Shown here piece after piece: positions 24,891-38,319 of a DNA stretch of 64,000 bases (position 1 is its first letter; each line of letters opens with the position of its first letter). This DNA comes from Carcharhinus amblyrhynchos. Its lineage: Eukaryota. Under the pieces are notes generated by a model. It was not told the origin of the DNA, made no database searches, and saw only the letters and a program-made list of their open reading frames with translations. The stretch lies in the NCBI GenBank assembly GCA_965287045.1, contig OZ336884.1:41292001-41356000 (forward strand), given 5' to 3'. The translations under genes were made by a program, and so were the position numbers.

Positions 24891-25969
24891 ATAAATGGGT
24901 AGAGTAGGTGAAGTAGGCTGGTGAGTGGGCAGGGTGATAGGTAAGTGAGGTGCCATGAGTGGTCAAATCAGGGGAGGTAATCAGGAGTCATTGGAATGTC
25001 AGGGTCTCAGTGTGAGTACAGTGTATGTGGCTGGGGAATGGGGGCAATGGCCAGGGGTACAGTTCTGTAGTTACCCAGGAGTTGGACCAGATTTTCCTGG
25101 CTAACGTTTCCTGGGTAACTATCCAAATATGTCCCACAGATCTGTGTGAAATCTCAGGTTCTAACTTGGAAGTTGAAATTCCCCAGGCAATTCCCAATCA
25201 GCACATAAGGGTTTCAGCAGGTTCCTAACAAACATCTTGGGCCATGAGTCTGGTGTCCAATGATCGGCAGACCAAAAGATCTGAACCAACCTATCCAATA
25301 GCAAACTAAATACATTTACACTTTCCTGAGTAAATGTGCTGAAATTGAGCAGTGCCATACTTACGAAGACAGTCTTCACCTTAAGGTAAAATGGAATATT
25401 CCAAATGATGTTTGGGGGGGGGGCAGATTTATATTGAACTCTTCCTGGAAACAGGCCTGGGTGTTCTTCCATGGAAACCTATAAATAAAATCCGGTGCCC
25501 ACTTTCACAATTTCATACAAATCAATGGTAGCATGTTTGCTCAACAGAGACACAGAGACAGATGGTTGAATTTTATGGGCAACTCAAAGCAAGTAAACAG
25601 GTGTGTGGACCTGTAAATTTGGCTGCCATGTCATTGATTGCGTATCCACCCCTAGCCCACCCGCTTCCATCCCTACCATCATGTTAAGGATTGCAGGGGA
25701 GGTTTCGGGTAGGCTACCAACTCTTGGCCAAATTGGGAGCCTTAAATAGCCATTAAATTATCAAATAAGGATCTCATCTCACCGCTGTTCCAATTTAACA
25801 TGTAGCAAAAAAAATCTATACCCAACGTGCAGCCAGCATGTCTTACCCTGCAAGCTGATGGTCAGTGAAAGGAGGGCTGGTGCCTCCATCCTAAGCTCCC
25901 TCAGCCAGTGGACACCCCACCCTACAGTTTTGCCACCCAGTGTCTATACACCAATCCTCAGCCCTTCAT

Positions 25970-26272
25970 TGAATAGAATCATAGAATCCATACAGTGCGG
26001 AAGCAGAGTATTCGGCCCATCGAATCTGCACCGACCACAATCCCATTCAGGCCTATTCCCGTAACCCCAAATATTTACTCTGCTAATCCCCCTGACATTA
26101 AGGGGGAACTTAGCATGGCCAATTAACCTAACCTGCATGTCTTTTGAGGAAACCCACACAGACACGAGGAGAATGTACAAACTCCACACAGATAGTGATC
26201 CAAGCCAGGAATTGAACCTAGGTTCCTGGTGCTGTGAGGCTGCAGTGCTAATCATTGTGCCACCACACCTTG
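25970..26272 (-). mobile_element. HE1-type SINE
   Basis: atagaatcatagaatc tail; aggaattgaacctagg..gaggctgcagtgctaa head. Confidence 0.85.
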
Positions 26273-26329
26273 CCAACCCTTGGAGGGTCACTCCCAAAAT
26301 TTACACTGGGGAGTTTACCTTTAGGATAC

Positions 26330-26695
26330 AGTGGGGAGATAGTGGTATAGTGACAATGTTCCTATGTCAAGAGGCCCAGGCCAATGTTATGAGGTCACAG
26401 ATTCAAACACCACCACCACAGCTGGTAGAAATAAAACTTCAATTAATAAAATCTGGAATATAAACCAAGTCTTGGTAATGGTGACCATGAACGTTGTAAA
26501 AGCCCATCTGGTTCCTAAAGTTCTTTAGAGAAGGAAATCTGCTATCCTTACCTGGTCTGGCTGACGTGTGACTCCAGGCCAACGGTCATGGAGTTGGCTC
26601 TTAACTGCCCTCTACAATGACACAACAAGCCATTCAATTCAAGGGTAATTTGATAGGGATGGACAACAAATGCCAGCCTCTCCAGCCACAAAAGA
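26330..26695 (+). mobile_element. DeuSINE (SacSINE1-like)
   Basis: cccatctggttcc..gaaggaaatctgctatccttacctggtctggc..gtgactccag; tail gggatggacaacaaatgccagcc. Confidence 0.78.
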
Positions 26696-27399
26696 ATATT
26701 GTTTAAAAAATCTAGCCAAGAGACACAGAAGCAGAAACAACTGCTGTGAAAAATGACAGAAAAGCCTGTTTTTGGTGTTAGCCACCAAACAAGATGCTGG
26801 TGAGAACTGGTTCTCTATTTGAAGAAACAGGACTTGAGGATTTAAAGACCAAGGAGCTGCTGGAAGCTAGTTTGGAGATATACAGAAGACTCAAAAGGAT
26901 GTTGGAAGACTTGCCTTTGTCTTGCAGAGAGAAAAGGAGTCAACTGAAAAGCCAGGAAATTGGGACTTAAATTTCAAGGCTATGTATCTGCTGTGAGCGT
27001 GGCACAAAGTAAAACTACGCTGTAAAATATTTGATTGTGTTGGTCAATGCAGAAGTATCTTTTCTATAGTTCGGGTTATTCATTGCCTATTAAATAATGT
27101 TTAGGCAATGTTGATTTTAGTTTGTCGCATTAAAAGTCAGAAAATATGAAATTTAGTCCTATTATTCCCATCAGTTGCTTAGAATTTAATCTGTTTTTTT
27201 AAAAAAAGTTACTGGTCTCTTGAAACAACTGTTGTGCCCTGCTGTTGAGAATTCTCTCAATTCCTCTGACATTGCTACATTACCAGACTGCCACTCCGAC
27301 AGCCAGTGAGCAGAAAATTCAACCAATTGAAATATTTAGGAAGGATGAAGCCATTGCCTTCATCTCCTGCTACAGAATCACTTCCTTAGCTGCTGACTC

Positions 27400-28082
27400 G
27401 AATCCTTTCCCTGCCAATGGTCCAAACCTTGGTATCATATTTGAGGTGGACATAGAGTTTCTTAGCACATATGCCCACTCCATCTCTCAGACAACCTATT
27501 GTCACACTTCTTAATTGTTCACCCATGCTTTATTATCTTTCGACTTGATTGTTCAATACAATTCTGGCTGGTCTGACACATTCCACACTATAAACTTGAG
27601 ATCATCCAAAATTCTGATGTTGTTTCCTTACCTACATTAAGTCCCATTCACCCATCAGTTCCGAGCATACTAGCCTACATTGATTCTTGATTGATCAGTA
27701 CTTCAATTTTCAAATTTTACTTGTTGATTTAAATTCCTCCATGGCTTCCCTGCTCTCTCCCTCTTGCCAATGTCTCCAGCCCACAACCCTCTGGGATATC
27801 CACACTTGTCTAACTCTGGGCTCTTGAGCATCGTTGATTTCAATTGCACCACCTTTGGTGGCCTTCAGTTGCTGAGGCCCCAAGCTCTAGAAATCTCTCT
27901 CCAAGCCACTCTGCCCTTTGAGACCCTCCTTAAAACCACTCTTTAGAAAAAGCTTTTGACCATCTGTCCTAACAACAAGTTATGGGGGCTTAGTTTTTAA
28001 GTTTTGTTTTATACCGTTTTGATAAAGGAAGAGCCTTGGGAACATTTAAAGGTGCTATACAAATGTAAATTGCTGCTGTTGT
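27400..28082 (+). mobile_element. Degenerate L2-clade LINE 3' end
   Basis: aaccttggtatcatatttga; ctccttaaaacc..tt; tail aaaggtgctatacaaatgtaaattgctgctgttgtt. Confidence 0.7.
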
Positions 28083-28824
28083 TCTTGAGGAAAGCCATCA
28101 TGAGAAGCTTTTGAAACTTGCACTTGAGGTACAACCTTGTTCTTGACCCGTTTTATCAGATGAGAAAGGGCAAAATGTATCCCTTTTGCTCTGCTTACGT
28201 TATTTTGACAGGTTTACAGATTTGCATTGCTGCTTGTGGTCTGACACCCGTTCAAAATCTACGATACTGTAGCACTGCCTGAAATACATTACAGCCTGAA
28301 GGGGATATATCAATATTTTAAAAGCAATCTTCCAAGAGAAAGATTGATTTGATTGGAAGACAGATGCAATTTTTTTTAAAAAAGCACTTATTTCAAAAGG
28401 AAAAAGTGATCCAGTAATTACAAATACATAGTGGTTTACTATTAAACATTACAATGCATATTTTACGATTTAGGCATTTGTCCTATCCTCTCTTTGTAAT
28501 AAGGTTTTTATTTTTGCACCTATAATCAACAGCTGTTGCACTTAGATTATAGTTTTTAAAAAGTAAATTAAACATCCGGTTACTATTCAACACAAAATTA
28601 CAAATAATTTATTCGTTCGCATTTGTAATTCTTGTTGGATTTAGGCTGACAGTTTTTTAATGTTTAACGGAGATTTCGGGCCATAGGTATCTAAAGATTA
28701 GAAAGCAAATATTCCACAATGTGGAAATCATTTAAGCTTAGATTTCAGAGGTAATGACATGACCCAATTTCTAGTCAGACTTTAATTACAAAACATACTT
28801 TGATACAATGAATGGAGAGTTTTA

Positions 28825-29340
28825 GCTACAAGGAAAGATTGCATACACTGGAGTTATATCCTTTGGAATAGAGCAGGTTTGATTTCGTTGAGTTATATAA
28901 AACTCTCTTGGGCCTGGACAAGTTAGATAGTAAAGACATATTTAGAATGATAGCAGCTATACAGTGCAGAAGGAGGTCATTCAGCCCATTGAGATTGCAC
29001 CAACAACAATCCCATCCAGGTCCAATCCCCGTTACCCCACCTATTTACCCTGCTAGTCTCCCCTGACACTAAGGGGCAATTTTGCATGGTCAATCAACCT
29101 AACCTGCACATTTCCTGGAGCAGAGAGTTTGAAGCAGAAGGATTAGAAGGGAGTTGAAGAGAATGTTTTTCACCCAGAGGGAAGTAGAACCAGGCACTCA
29201 TCATCTTTAGAAAGTACTTGGAAGTGCTATAACATCAAAGGCTATGGTGAGAGCTGAAAAGTGGGATTAGGCTGGTTACTTCTTGGCCAGCAGAAGCACG
29301 ATGGGCCAAATGTGCTGTAAATTCTCTTTATTTCTATAAT
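28825..29340 (+). mobile_element. Old CR1 3' end with a nested minus-strand HE1 fragment (~28955-29110)
   Basis: tacaaggaaagattgcatacactggagttatatcctttgga...gtttttcacccagagg...gatgggccaaa; SINE tail acagtgcagaaggagg inside. Confidence 0.65.
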
Positions 29341-29832
29341 AGAAACTTTACAATTAATCCTTGTTAGATTTCACAATATCATTATTCATAGCCAAAATTA
29401 ATGTACTCTTGAATATTTTAAGATAATTAAATGCACTGATACAGAACATTACTACTTATGAGCCTGATTAGCTATCTGCTCAGATGTCCTGCTTCATTGC
29501 TACATTCAGCATAAATTGATTTTTTTTCTCTGCTGGGAACAAAGTGCATTTATGCAACAATCCATACAAAATAATACATACAAACAGAAAATTACAACAA
29601 GAGACATAACTTGTAAAAGGCGTCAATCAAATCTAATAATAAATTCCTTCACACTGAATCATCATTTGTCATTTCAAGTGTTAAATAGGCAATGCGTTCG
29701 TTTCACTTCATTAAAGGATTTTATTTTTATATCAGAGTCCGGGCCTATGACCTTAGAGTATGATTTTCAAGGCTATTCCTGTGCATGATGTGCAAAATTA
29801 CACACACACTTTGGAATTGTGCAGCATGGTAC

Positions 29833-30183
29833 AGGGCAGCATGATGCCACAGTGGTTAGCACTGCTGCTTCATGGTGCCGGGGACACAGATTCGATTCCA
29901 GCCTTGGGTCATTGTCTGTGTGGAGTTTGCACATTCTCTCCGTGTCTCTGTAGCTTTCCCTGGGTGCTCTGCTTTCTTCCCACAATCCAAAGATATGCAC
30001 GTTAGTTGGATTGGCCATGCTAACTTGCCCCTTAGTGTCGAAAGTTGTGGATTAGATGGATTAGCCATGGTAAATGGGCAGTGTTATAAGGCTAGGGTAG
30101 TTAGTAAACCTGATTGAGATGCTCAGAGAGTCAGTGGAATCTCAATGCACTGACTGGCCTCCTTCTGCACTGTAGGGATTCTT
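29833..30183 (+). mobile_element. HE1-type SINE
   Basis: gggcagcatgatgccacagtggttagcactgctg...ggcctccttctgcactgtagggatt. Confidence 0.85.
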
Positions 30184-31064
30184 TGGATGATAAAAGGCCC
30201 TCAAAATCCCTTGACTCTGCCAATCAAACTGAGTCACCATCCCAACTCACAACAAGATGAAAAATTCACTGGGCTACAGTCACCCTAAATTTTCTTTCAC
30301 ATCACCACAGTAGTTGCCATACAGAGCATTCTAAAACAAGAATAAACCACTGTAAATTGAATTCTTACCAATTTATCAAGCCTTGCAAGTCTGCTTTCAC
30401 AAAACAAAGTAAATAAGCAGCTCTTCCCAAGAGAGAGAAGAAAATAATTTTTAAACCTCAAATGGCTCTTTGAAAAACAACACATCATTCCCTTGTTAAA
30501 GGAAAACTGGCTCTTCACACTATTATTCAGACCCTGCACCTGTCAAAGCAGCCTGGTGCCACTTTAGCTGCACCAGAAAATTTCAAACTGCTTTGCAAAG
30601 CTGGATTTACTATTCATATTTAAACTATTTCAAAAAGTACTTGGGGAAAAAAAAACAATGGAATTTATAATGTAAACTCAAAGCATGTTATAATTGTGAC
30701 AGATTTATATAAAAGGCACAAAAAATATTAAACACAAATGGGTTTGCGACACATGCATTTCTCTGTTAGATGCATGGTTTCCTGTATGGATTGGATGCCT
30801 GAAGGTGGAGCTGACAGAAGGTGATTTCGCCCATCTAACTTCTTCATAAGAATCAGGCCAAGAATTTCCTCATGGCTGCTTCTTTTCCATTAGTAAATCC
30901 TCATCTATTTCAGCCATTGTTTTAAACGATTAGTAATTATAAAGCAAATATAGTATCCAAAAGATCTCCTGGAATACACTACAGATTGGATAAATTAAAC
31001 AAACAGCCAATCAGAACTAAAAGGAAACAACTAAAAAGTCTGGAAGAATTTCTTTTTGATTAAA

Positions 31065-31610
31065 TCATTCATGAGATGTGGGCATGGCTGACAAGACCAT
31101 CATTTATCACCCATCCCAACCACCCTTGAGTAGGTGGTGTTGACCCAACTTCTTCAACCACTATGGTTCATTTGCGTAGGTACACCCGAAGTGATTCTTA
31201 GGAGTTTGATTCAGTGACAGTGAAGGAACTACAATTTAGTTCCAAATCAGGATGGCTTGCAACTTGGAAAGCAACTCAGGTGGTAGCGGTATTCCTGGCC
31301 TTGTTTTTCTAGGTGGTAGAAGCTGCAGGAATGCAAAGGATTGTTGAAGGAGGGTTAGCAGGTTGCTGCAGTGCATCTTGTAGCAGTGGTGGTAGAAGGA
31401 GTGAACATTCAGGATGGTGGAGGAAGGGGTGTTAAATGGATTGTTCTGTCCTCAATCATGGTGAGCTTCTTACTGCACTCGTCCAGGCGTATCATCACAT
31501 TCTTGATTTATGCCTTGTAGAAGATGTAAAGGAACTGTAGAATCAGGAACCGAGTTACTCACCATAGAGCTCCCAGCATCTGAATTGTATTGATACAGCT
31601 GATCCAGTTA
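31065..31610 (-). mobile_element. Degenerate LINE 3' end (DeuSINE-tail partner family)
   Basis: gatgtgggcatggctg..catttatcacccatccc..; ctgcagtgcatcttgtag; gccttgtagaagatg. Reverse of 49790-50775. Confidence 0.65.
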
Positions 31611-32017
31611 AGTAAGGATGACTCCAAGTGTCAGGATTATGAGATAAGTGAATAGAAGAAGCTAAAGATAGCATCTGAAAGTTGATCTCATAGAAAAATA
31701 GTAAATGGAATAGAAAAGGTTAATCCAAAATGCTATTTAAACCATGGAGAGGAATAACAGGGGTTTATGTTCAAAGTAGAGAAAGGTAGCCAGTATTGGC
31801 ATCAAGGACACCTCAGACAGAGTAAGCAATATTTATAATAGAATTCTGAGCAGAGTGATTGAGCAAAAAAAAACTGAATGCCTTTGAGAAACAATGAGAT
31901 GCAGTTATGTAGAAGTTGGTTCCATTGTTTTGCATTATTAGGAGTATAATGGCCTTCTTCATTTGGCAGTATCTATTAATGGCCAACTGGTTTCAAGCTG
32001 AGCTTCACATTCAGTGA

Positions 32018-33630
32018 ACATAAGAACATAATAACATAAGAAATAGGAGCAGGAGTAGGCCATCTAGCCCTTCGAGCCTGCCCCGCCATTCAATAAGATC
32101 ATGGCTGATCTGTCGCTGCTCAGTTCCACTTTCCCGCTTTCTCCCCATAACCCTCAATCCCCTCTCTTATCAAAAACCCATCAACCCGCGTCTTAAAAAT
32201 ATTTAGCGAGGCAGCCTCCACCACTTCAACGGGCAGAGAATTCCAGAGATTCACCACCCTTTGAGTGAAGAAGTTCCTCCTCAACTCCGTTCTAAACCGC
32301 CCCCCTTTTATCTTGAGGCTGTGCCCCCTAGTCCTACTGTCTTTTTTGAGCGGGAAGAGTCTCTCCACCTCTATCCTATCCATCCCATTCATCATCTTAT
32401 ACGTCTCAATGAGATCTCCTCTCATTCTTCCAAACTCTAACGAGTACAAGCCCAGTTTATTCAGCCTCTCCTCATAGCTCAACCCCCTCAACTCCGGTAT
32501 CATCCTAGTAAACCTCCTCTGCACTCCCTCCAAGGCCAAAATATCTTTGCGCAGGTGCGGCGCCCAAAACTGCACACAGTACTCCAGCTGCGGCCTCACC
32601 AATGCCCTATACAGCTGCAGCAAGACCTTCCTACTTTTATATTCAATCCCCCTCGCTATGAAGGCCAGCATCCCATTCGCCTTCCTGACCACCTGCTGCA
32701 CCTGCAAGCTGGGTTTTTGCGACTCATGCACAAGGACCCCGAGGTCCCTCTGCACCGTCGCCTGCTGCAGTTTTTCGCCCCGTAAGTAATAGTCCTTCCT
32801 ACCATTCTTCCTCCCAAAGTGGACCACCTCACACTTGCCAACATTAAATTCCATTTGCCATTTCCTGGCCCATTCGCCCAGCCTATCTAGATCCTTCTGC
32901 AGACTCTCCACACCCTCCGCACAATTTGCCGTTCCCCCAATCTTGGTGTCATCAGCAAATTTCGACACCCTACACTCGGTTCCCTCCTCCAGATCATCTA
33001 TATAAATGGTAAAAAGCTGAGGCCCCAGCACCGACCCCTGGGGCACTCCACTAGTCACCATCCGCCAATCCGAATAGCACCCGTTGACCCCCACTCTCTG
33101 CCTCCTATTTGACAACCAATCCTCTATCCACACTAACACCCTACCCCCAACTCCATGTCCCTCAACCTTCTGCAATAACCTCTTGTGAGGTACTTTGTCA
33201 AACGCCTTCTGAAAATCTAGAAAGACCACATCCACCGGCTCTCCTCTATCCACCGCCCTAGACACATCCTCATAGAACTCCAGTAAATTTGTCAGACACG
33301 ACTTCCCTTTAATGAAACCGTGCTGCGTCTGCTCTATCAAGCAATTCCCTTCAAGATGCCTCGCAATTTCCTCCTTAATGACAGATTCTAACATTTTACC
33401 TACCACAGACGTTAAACTAACCGGCCTATAATTCCCCGCCTTTTGCCTGGCACCCTTCTTAAACAACGGCGTAACATTAGCCGTTTTCCAATCATCTGGC
33501 ACTTCCCCGGAATCCAGCGACGTCTGGAAAATAACCACCAAGGCATCCACTATCACCTTCGCCATTTCTTTCAGAACCCTCGGATGCATTCCATCCGGTC
33601 CTGGGGACTTGTCCACAATCAGCCCCCCTC
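32018..33630 (-). mobile_element. Very young 5'-truncated CR1 LINE with uninterrupted ORF2 C-terminal half (RT domain)
   Basis: ORF 32120-~33630: KSPGPDG, NYRPVSLTS, QHGF, DFQKAFDKVPH, GVPQGSVLGP, FADDTK, EYCVQFW, RRNFFTQRVVNLWNSLP, with no stops. (ACATAAGA)n tail. Candidate 6-bp TSD CAGTGA (32012-32017 / 33631-33636). The ORF-track N-terminus MLCICLCFINL is flanking DNA. Confidence 0.97.
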
Positions 33631-33904
33631 CAGTGAGATTGATGAAACACAGACAGATGCAAAGCATGGTTTAAAATGGACAGCTTCGCTTTTTACAACG
33701 AAACATTGGAGGGAAAAATTTACAAAACAACACTTAAGTTCCTAAAGGGAGATTCCATTCCCTAATCCCAGTAATAGCAATGCAATCAATGCAGAATCAG
33801 CCAAAGCAGCAGAAGTATGAGGGATTTTTAAATGAGTGTTTGGCTTTCCTGTAATCCTGCACGCTGTTTCAAGATTCAATTAATCCAGATAATACTCTGC
33901 TCAC

Positions 33905-36900
33905 AAAAGAACAAAGAAGAACAGTACGGCACAGGAAGAGGCCCTATGGCCCACCAAGCCTGTGTCAATTACATTGTTCTATCTAGACCAACCACCTGTA
34001 TCCGTCTATTCCCTGTCTGTTCATGTGTCTATCCAGATAAGTCTCAAATGTCGCTGATGTGTCTGCCTCAACCACCTCACTTAGCAGTGCATCCCAGGCC
34101 CCCGCCACTCTGTGTAAAATAACTTCCCCCATATATCGCTACTGCAACTCCACCATCACACCACCACCACCACCACACCACCCCCCCCCCACCTTACCTT
34201 GAACTTGTGCTCCCCCTTGTAATAGCAATTTCTGCCCTGGGAAAAGCTTCCAACTGTTCACCTTATCTGTACCTCTCATAACTTTATAAGCTTCTATCAG
34301 GTCACCTCTAAGCCTTCATTTTTCCAGGCAGAACAATCCTAGTTTATTCAATCTCTCCTCATAGCTAATACCAGGCAACATCCTGGTAATCTTTTCTGTA
34401 CTCCTCTAAAGCCTCCACTTCCTTCTGATAGTGTAGTGACCAGAATTAGACACAGTATTCCAAATGTAGCTAAATAACATTTTATATAACTGTAACACAA
34501 TTAGCCCACTTTTTTTTGTTTTTATTCCAATTCAATCCATTAAGTCCAATTCAGAGTCTCAACAAGTTGAGACATTCCTGATCCAAGCTGACAAGACAGG
34601 ACTCTAACCTCCTGTCTTGGGCTTGATCTACATGATCCAAGATGATTGGAGTAAGCATAGCTCCTCTTCCAAGGCTTGATCTCATTTGCATCTTAGCCAA
34701 AAGGCTGAGATGCTGCTTTAAAAAATTGCTTCAAATGAAGCTGAAATGTAACCTAATGACTTCAATCAAGTACAGCATGTCGATACTACACGATCTTAGC
34801 CAACTCTGGCCGATGAAGGCAAACATGCCATATGCTTTCTTCACCACCTTTTCCATCTGCTGTCACTTTTAAGGATCACTGGATCCATACTCCCAGACCT
34901 CTGTGTGTCTCTGCTCTGATGATTCTGCCATTTATTTCATAACTCCCAGCTGAATTGGATCTTCCAAAGTGCATCACCTCAGTTTTTTCCGAATTAAATT
35001 CCATCTGCCATTTCTCCACCCTATTTTCCAGCCCATCTATATCCTGCTGTATTCTCTGACAATCTTCACCACTTTCCACATTTTCAGCAATCTTGGTATC
35101 ACCCACAAACTTGCTAATCAGACCAGCTATGTTTTTTTCTAGGTATATATATATTACAAACAACAAAGGTCCCAGCACTGACCCCTGTAGAACACCACTA
35201 GTTACAGACCTCCATTCAGAAAAATACCCTTCCACCTCTATCTTCTATGGCCAAGTCAGTTCTGAATCCATCTAGCTAGTTCACCCTTGATCCTGTGTGA
35301 TTTAACCTTTCACACCAGCCTGCCATAAGGGACCTTATCAAATGCTTTACTAAAGTCCTCATAGACAACATCCACAGCCCTTCCTTCAATCATTTTTGTC
35401 ATCTCCTCAAAAACTATCAAATTAGTGAGACATGACCTCCCTCATTCAAACCCATGCTGTCATTAATAAGAATATTCAGTTTCAAACGTGTATAGATCCT
35501 ACCCCAAAGAATTTTCTGTAACAATGTCACTATCACTGATGTCAAACTCACTGGCCTATAATTACCTGAGTTATCCTTGCTACTCTTCTTAAGAAACATT
35601 GGCTAGCCTCCAATCCTTTGGGATCTCACCTATGGCCAACGAGGAAACAAAGATTTCTGTTAGAGGTCCAGCAATTTCCTCTCATCACCGTCAGCAATCT
35701 GGCCCTGGGGATTCGTCCACCTTAACACTTTGTAATACACCTAACACTTCCTCCCTCATAATAATGACTTCGTCTAGAGGGTTTACATTCCCCTCTGAAT
35801 CACCATCAATCTACGTGTCCCTCTTCTTTGGGAATACCGATACAGAGTGCTCATGAAAGATCTCACACACTTCCTTTGGTTCTATGCATAATTTTCCTCC
35901 TTTGTCCCTCAGTAGACCAATTCTTTCTCTGGCTACCCTCTTGTTCATAATATATGTATAACATGCCTTGGGATTCTCCTTAATTCTGCTTGCCAAGGAC
36001 ATTTTATGACTCCTTTTTGCCTCCTAACTCCCTGTTTGAGTTCTTTTCTACTTTCCCTGGATTCTTCAAGTGCTTCATCTGTTTTTAGTTGCCTAGACCT
36101 TATGTACACATCCTTTTTCTTTTTGTCTAGACTCCATGATTCCTGAATCCTGCCTTTCCTGTCCTTGCTTTTCACAGGCACATGCCTGTCCTGCATTCCG
36201 ATCAACTGCTCCTTCAAAGACTCCCAGATGCTAGATGTGGATTTACACTCAAACAGCCTCTCCTAAACAACAGTTTCCAAATCCTAGCTAATCCAGTTGT
36301 AGTTATCCTTCCCCCAGTTTAGCACCTTAATCCTAGGATAACACTTGTTCATTTCCATGAGAGTCCAAAAACTTACGGAATTGCGGTTACTGTTTGCCAC
36401 ATGTTCGCCCACTGCTATTTTGATGACCTCGCTGGGTTCATTCCCTAGTACCAAGTCCAGTATAGTCCCATCTCTAGTCAGACTATCTACATATTGTTCC
36501 AGAAAACCTTCCTGGACATACACCATCCAAGCACCTAGCCCTAAGGGATTTCCAGTCAACATGAGGAAAATTAAAGTCCCCCTCTATAACAAACCTATTA
36601 TTTCTACATCTGTAGAGAATCTGCTTATATATCTGTTCTTCAATTTCCCATGGGCTATTCAGAGGTTTGTAGCACACCTCCATCATAGTGGCTGCTCCGT
36701 TTCTGTTTCTGAGTTCTACTCATTACATGATTCTTCCAAGGAGTCCTCCCTCTGTACAGCTATAATATGTTCACAAACCAGTATTGCAACTCTCCCACCT
36801 CTTTTGCCTTATCTTCTGTCTTGCCGAAAATACCTATATCCTGGAACATTTAGCTGCCAATCCCGTCCCTCTTTTAACCAAGTCTCTGTTACTGTACTCA

Positions 36901-37290
36901 CATCCAAGTTCCATGCATGAGTCAAGGCTCTAAATTAATCTTGTCTTACCTGTTATAGTCCTTGCCTTGAAGTAGATGCACATCAGACCTCCTGCCCACT
37001 GAGTTTGATCTCCCCCAGCTCTTCTCTTAGCTAGGCTGGCCTTGGTCCCATGCTCATCCCCAGTCTCTACACTTGCTGACCTACTGTTCTGATTCACACA
37101 CCCCTGCCACACTAGTTTAAACCCACCTGAACCATGGCGGCAAACCTCCAAGCCAGGATATTGGTGCCCCTCCAGTTCAGTTGTAACCTGTCCTTCTTGC
37201 ATAGGCCCCACCTTCTCTGGAAGATATCCAAACAATTCACAAATCTGAAACCCTCTCTCCTGCACCAATTCTTTAGCCATGTGTTCAGTG
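33905..37290 (-). mobile_element. Long degenerate CR1/HER1 LINE (end of ORF1, APE endonuclease, RT, 3' tail)
   Basis: Fragments GDFNFPHVDW, ILDLVLGNEP (APE), KENPKACYTYI, NYRPVSLTS, GVLQGSVLGP. Tail aaagaacaaagaa at ~33905. Interrupted by the U2-headed element. Confidence 0.9.
34510..34803 (-). mobile_element. U2 snRNA-headed SINE-like element, slightly 5'-truncated copy inserted into a CR1 RT region
   Basis: Reverse complement reads TTGGCTAAGATC--GTGTAGTATC-GACATG... and ends GGAATAAAAACAAAAAAA. Colinear with 51081-51392. CR1 sequence resumes on both sides. Confidence 0.85.
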
Positions 37291-37371
37291 TTTCTTCAGA
37301 AGGAACTCTTCAAAAATGCAGATACAAAAACACAACAAAACATACTCCAACTTATAAATCAAAGAAAAGGA

Positions 37372-37637
37372 TTTTGTTTTAATCCAATTCAATCAAATCA
37401 AGTCCAATACAGAGTCTCAACAAGTTGAGACATTCCTGATCCAAGCTGACACGACAGGGCTCTCACGTCCTATCATGATCTACATGATCTAAGCTGATTG
37501 GAGTAGGCAGAGCTTCTCCTCCAGTGTTTGATCTCATTTGTATCTTAGCCAAAAGGCTAAGATGCCGCTTTTAAAAATTGCTTCAAATGAAGCTAAAACG
37601 TTACCTATTGATTTCAACCAAGCACAGAATGTCAATA
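37372..37637 (-). mobile_element. U2 snRNA-headed SINE-like element, head-truncated copy joined to a CR1 fragment
   Basis: Colinear with 51118-51390: includes internal U2 stem-loop (atcttagccaaaaggctaagatgc on +), gtctcaacaagttgagac hairpin and ttttgtttt tail. Confidence 0.85.
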
Positions 37638-38108
37638 GTATTCCAAATATGGCCTAACCAACTTTTTATATAACTGCAACATCATATGCCAACTTCTATA
37701 GTCTATGCCCTGTCCAGTAAAATCAAGCATGCCATATGCCTTCTTTACCACTTTTTCCACCTGTGTTTCAATCTCTGGACTTGCACACTCAGATCCCTCA
37801 GTGTGTCCATACTTCCAATGGTTCTGCCATTTATTGCATAGCACCCCCCTCACCCCTGCATTAGATTTACCAAAATGCATCACTTAGCATTTATCTGGAT
37901 TAAATTCCATCTGCCACTTCTCCACTCAATTTTCCAGCCTGTATCCTGCTATATTCTCTGACAATGTTCATTACTATCTGCAACTCCAGCAATCTTTGTG
38001 TCATCCACAAACTTACTAATCAGACCAGCTACATTTTCTTCCAAATCATTTATATATATCACAAACAGCAGAGGTCCCAGTACAGAGTCCTGCAGAACAC
38101 CACTAGTC
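37635..38108 (-). mobile_element. CR1 RT fragment
   Basis: QVEKVVKKAYGMLDF..MLQLYKKLVRPYLEY. Confidence 0.85.
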
Positions 38109-38319
38109 TGCATCATTACTCCAAACTTGGAGCCTTGTCCTGGGCCACTTCAAGCTCTCCACAATTCTTATGTATAGTGAATCAGCTGGTCAGCTGACTA
38201 CTACATCACTCTGTAATTGATTCCATGGTTTACTGGGTCAGCTGATCCTTACATCTTGTTCCCATTGATCACATTACAACCAATACAAAGTTGTCACCGG
38301 TTACACTAACGTTCAGCCG

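Noticed and set aside
29833-29905. tRNA genes
   Set aside because: The A/B-box-like segments are SINE heads continuing into V-domains, with no complete cloverleaf.
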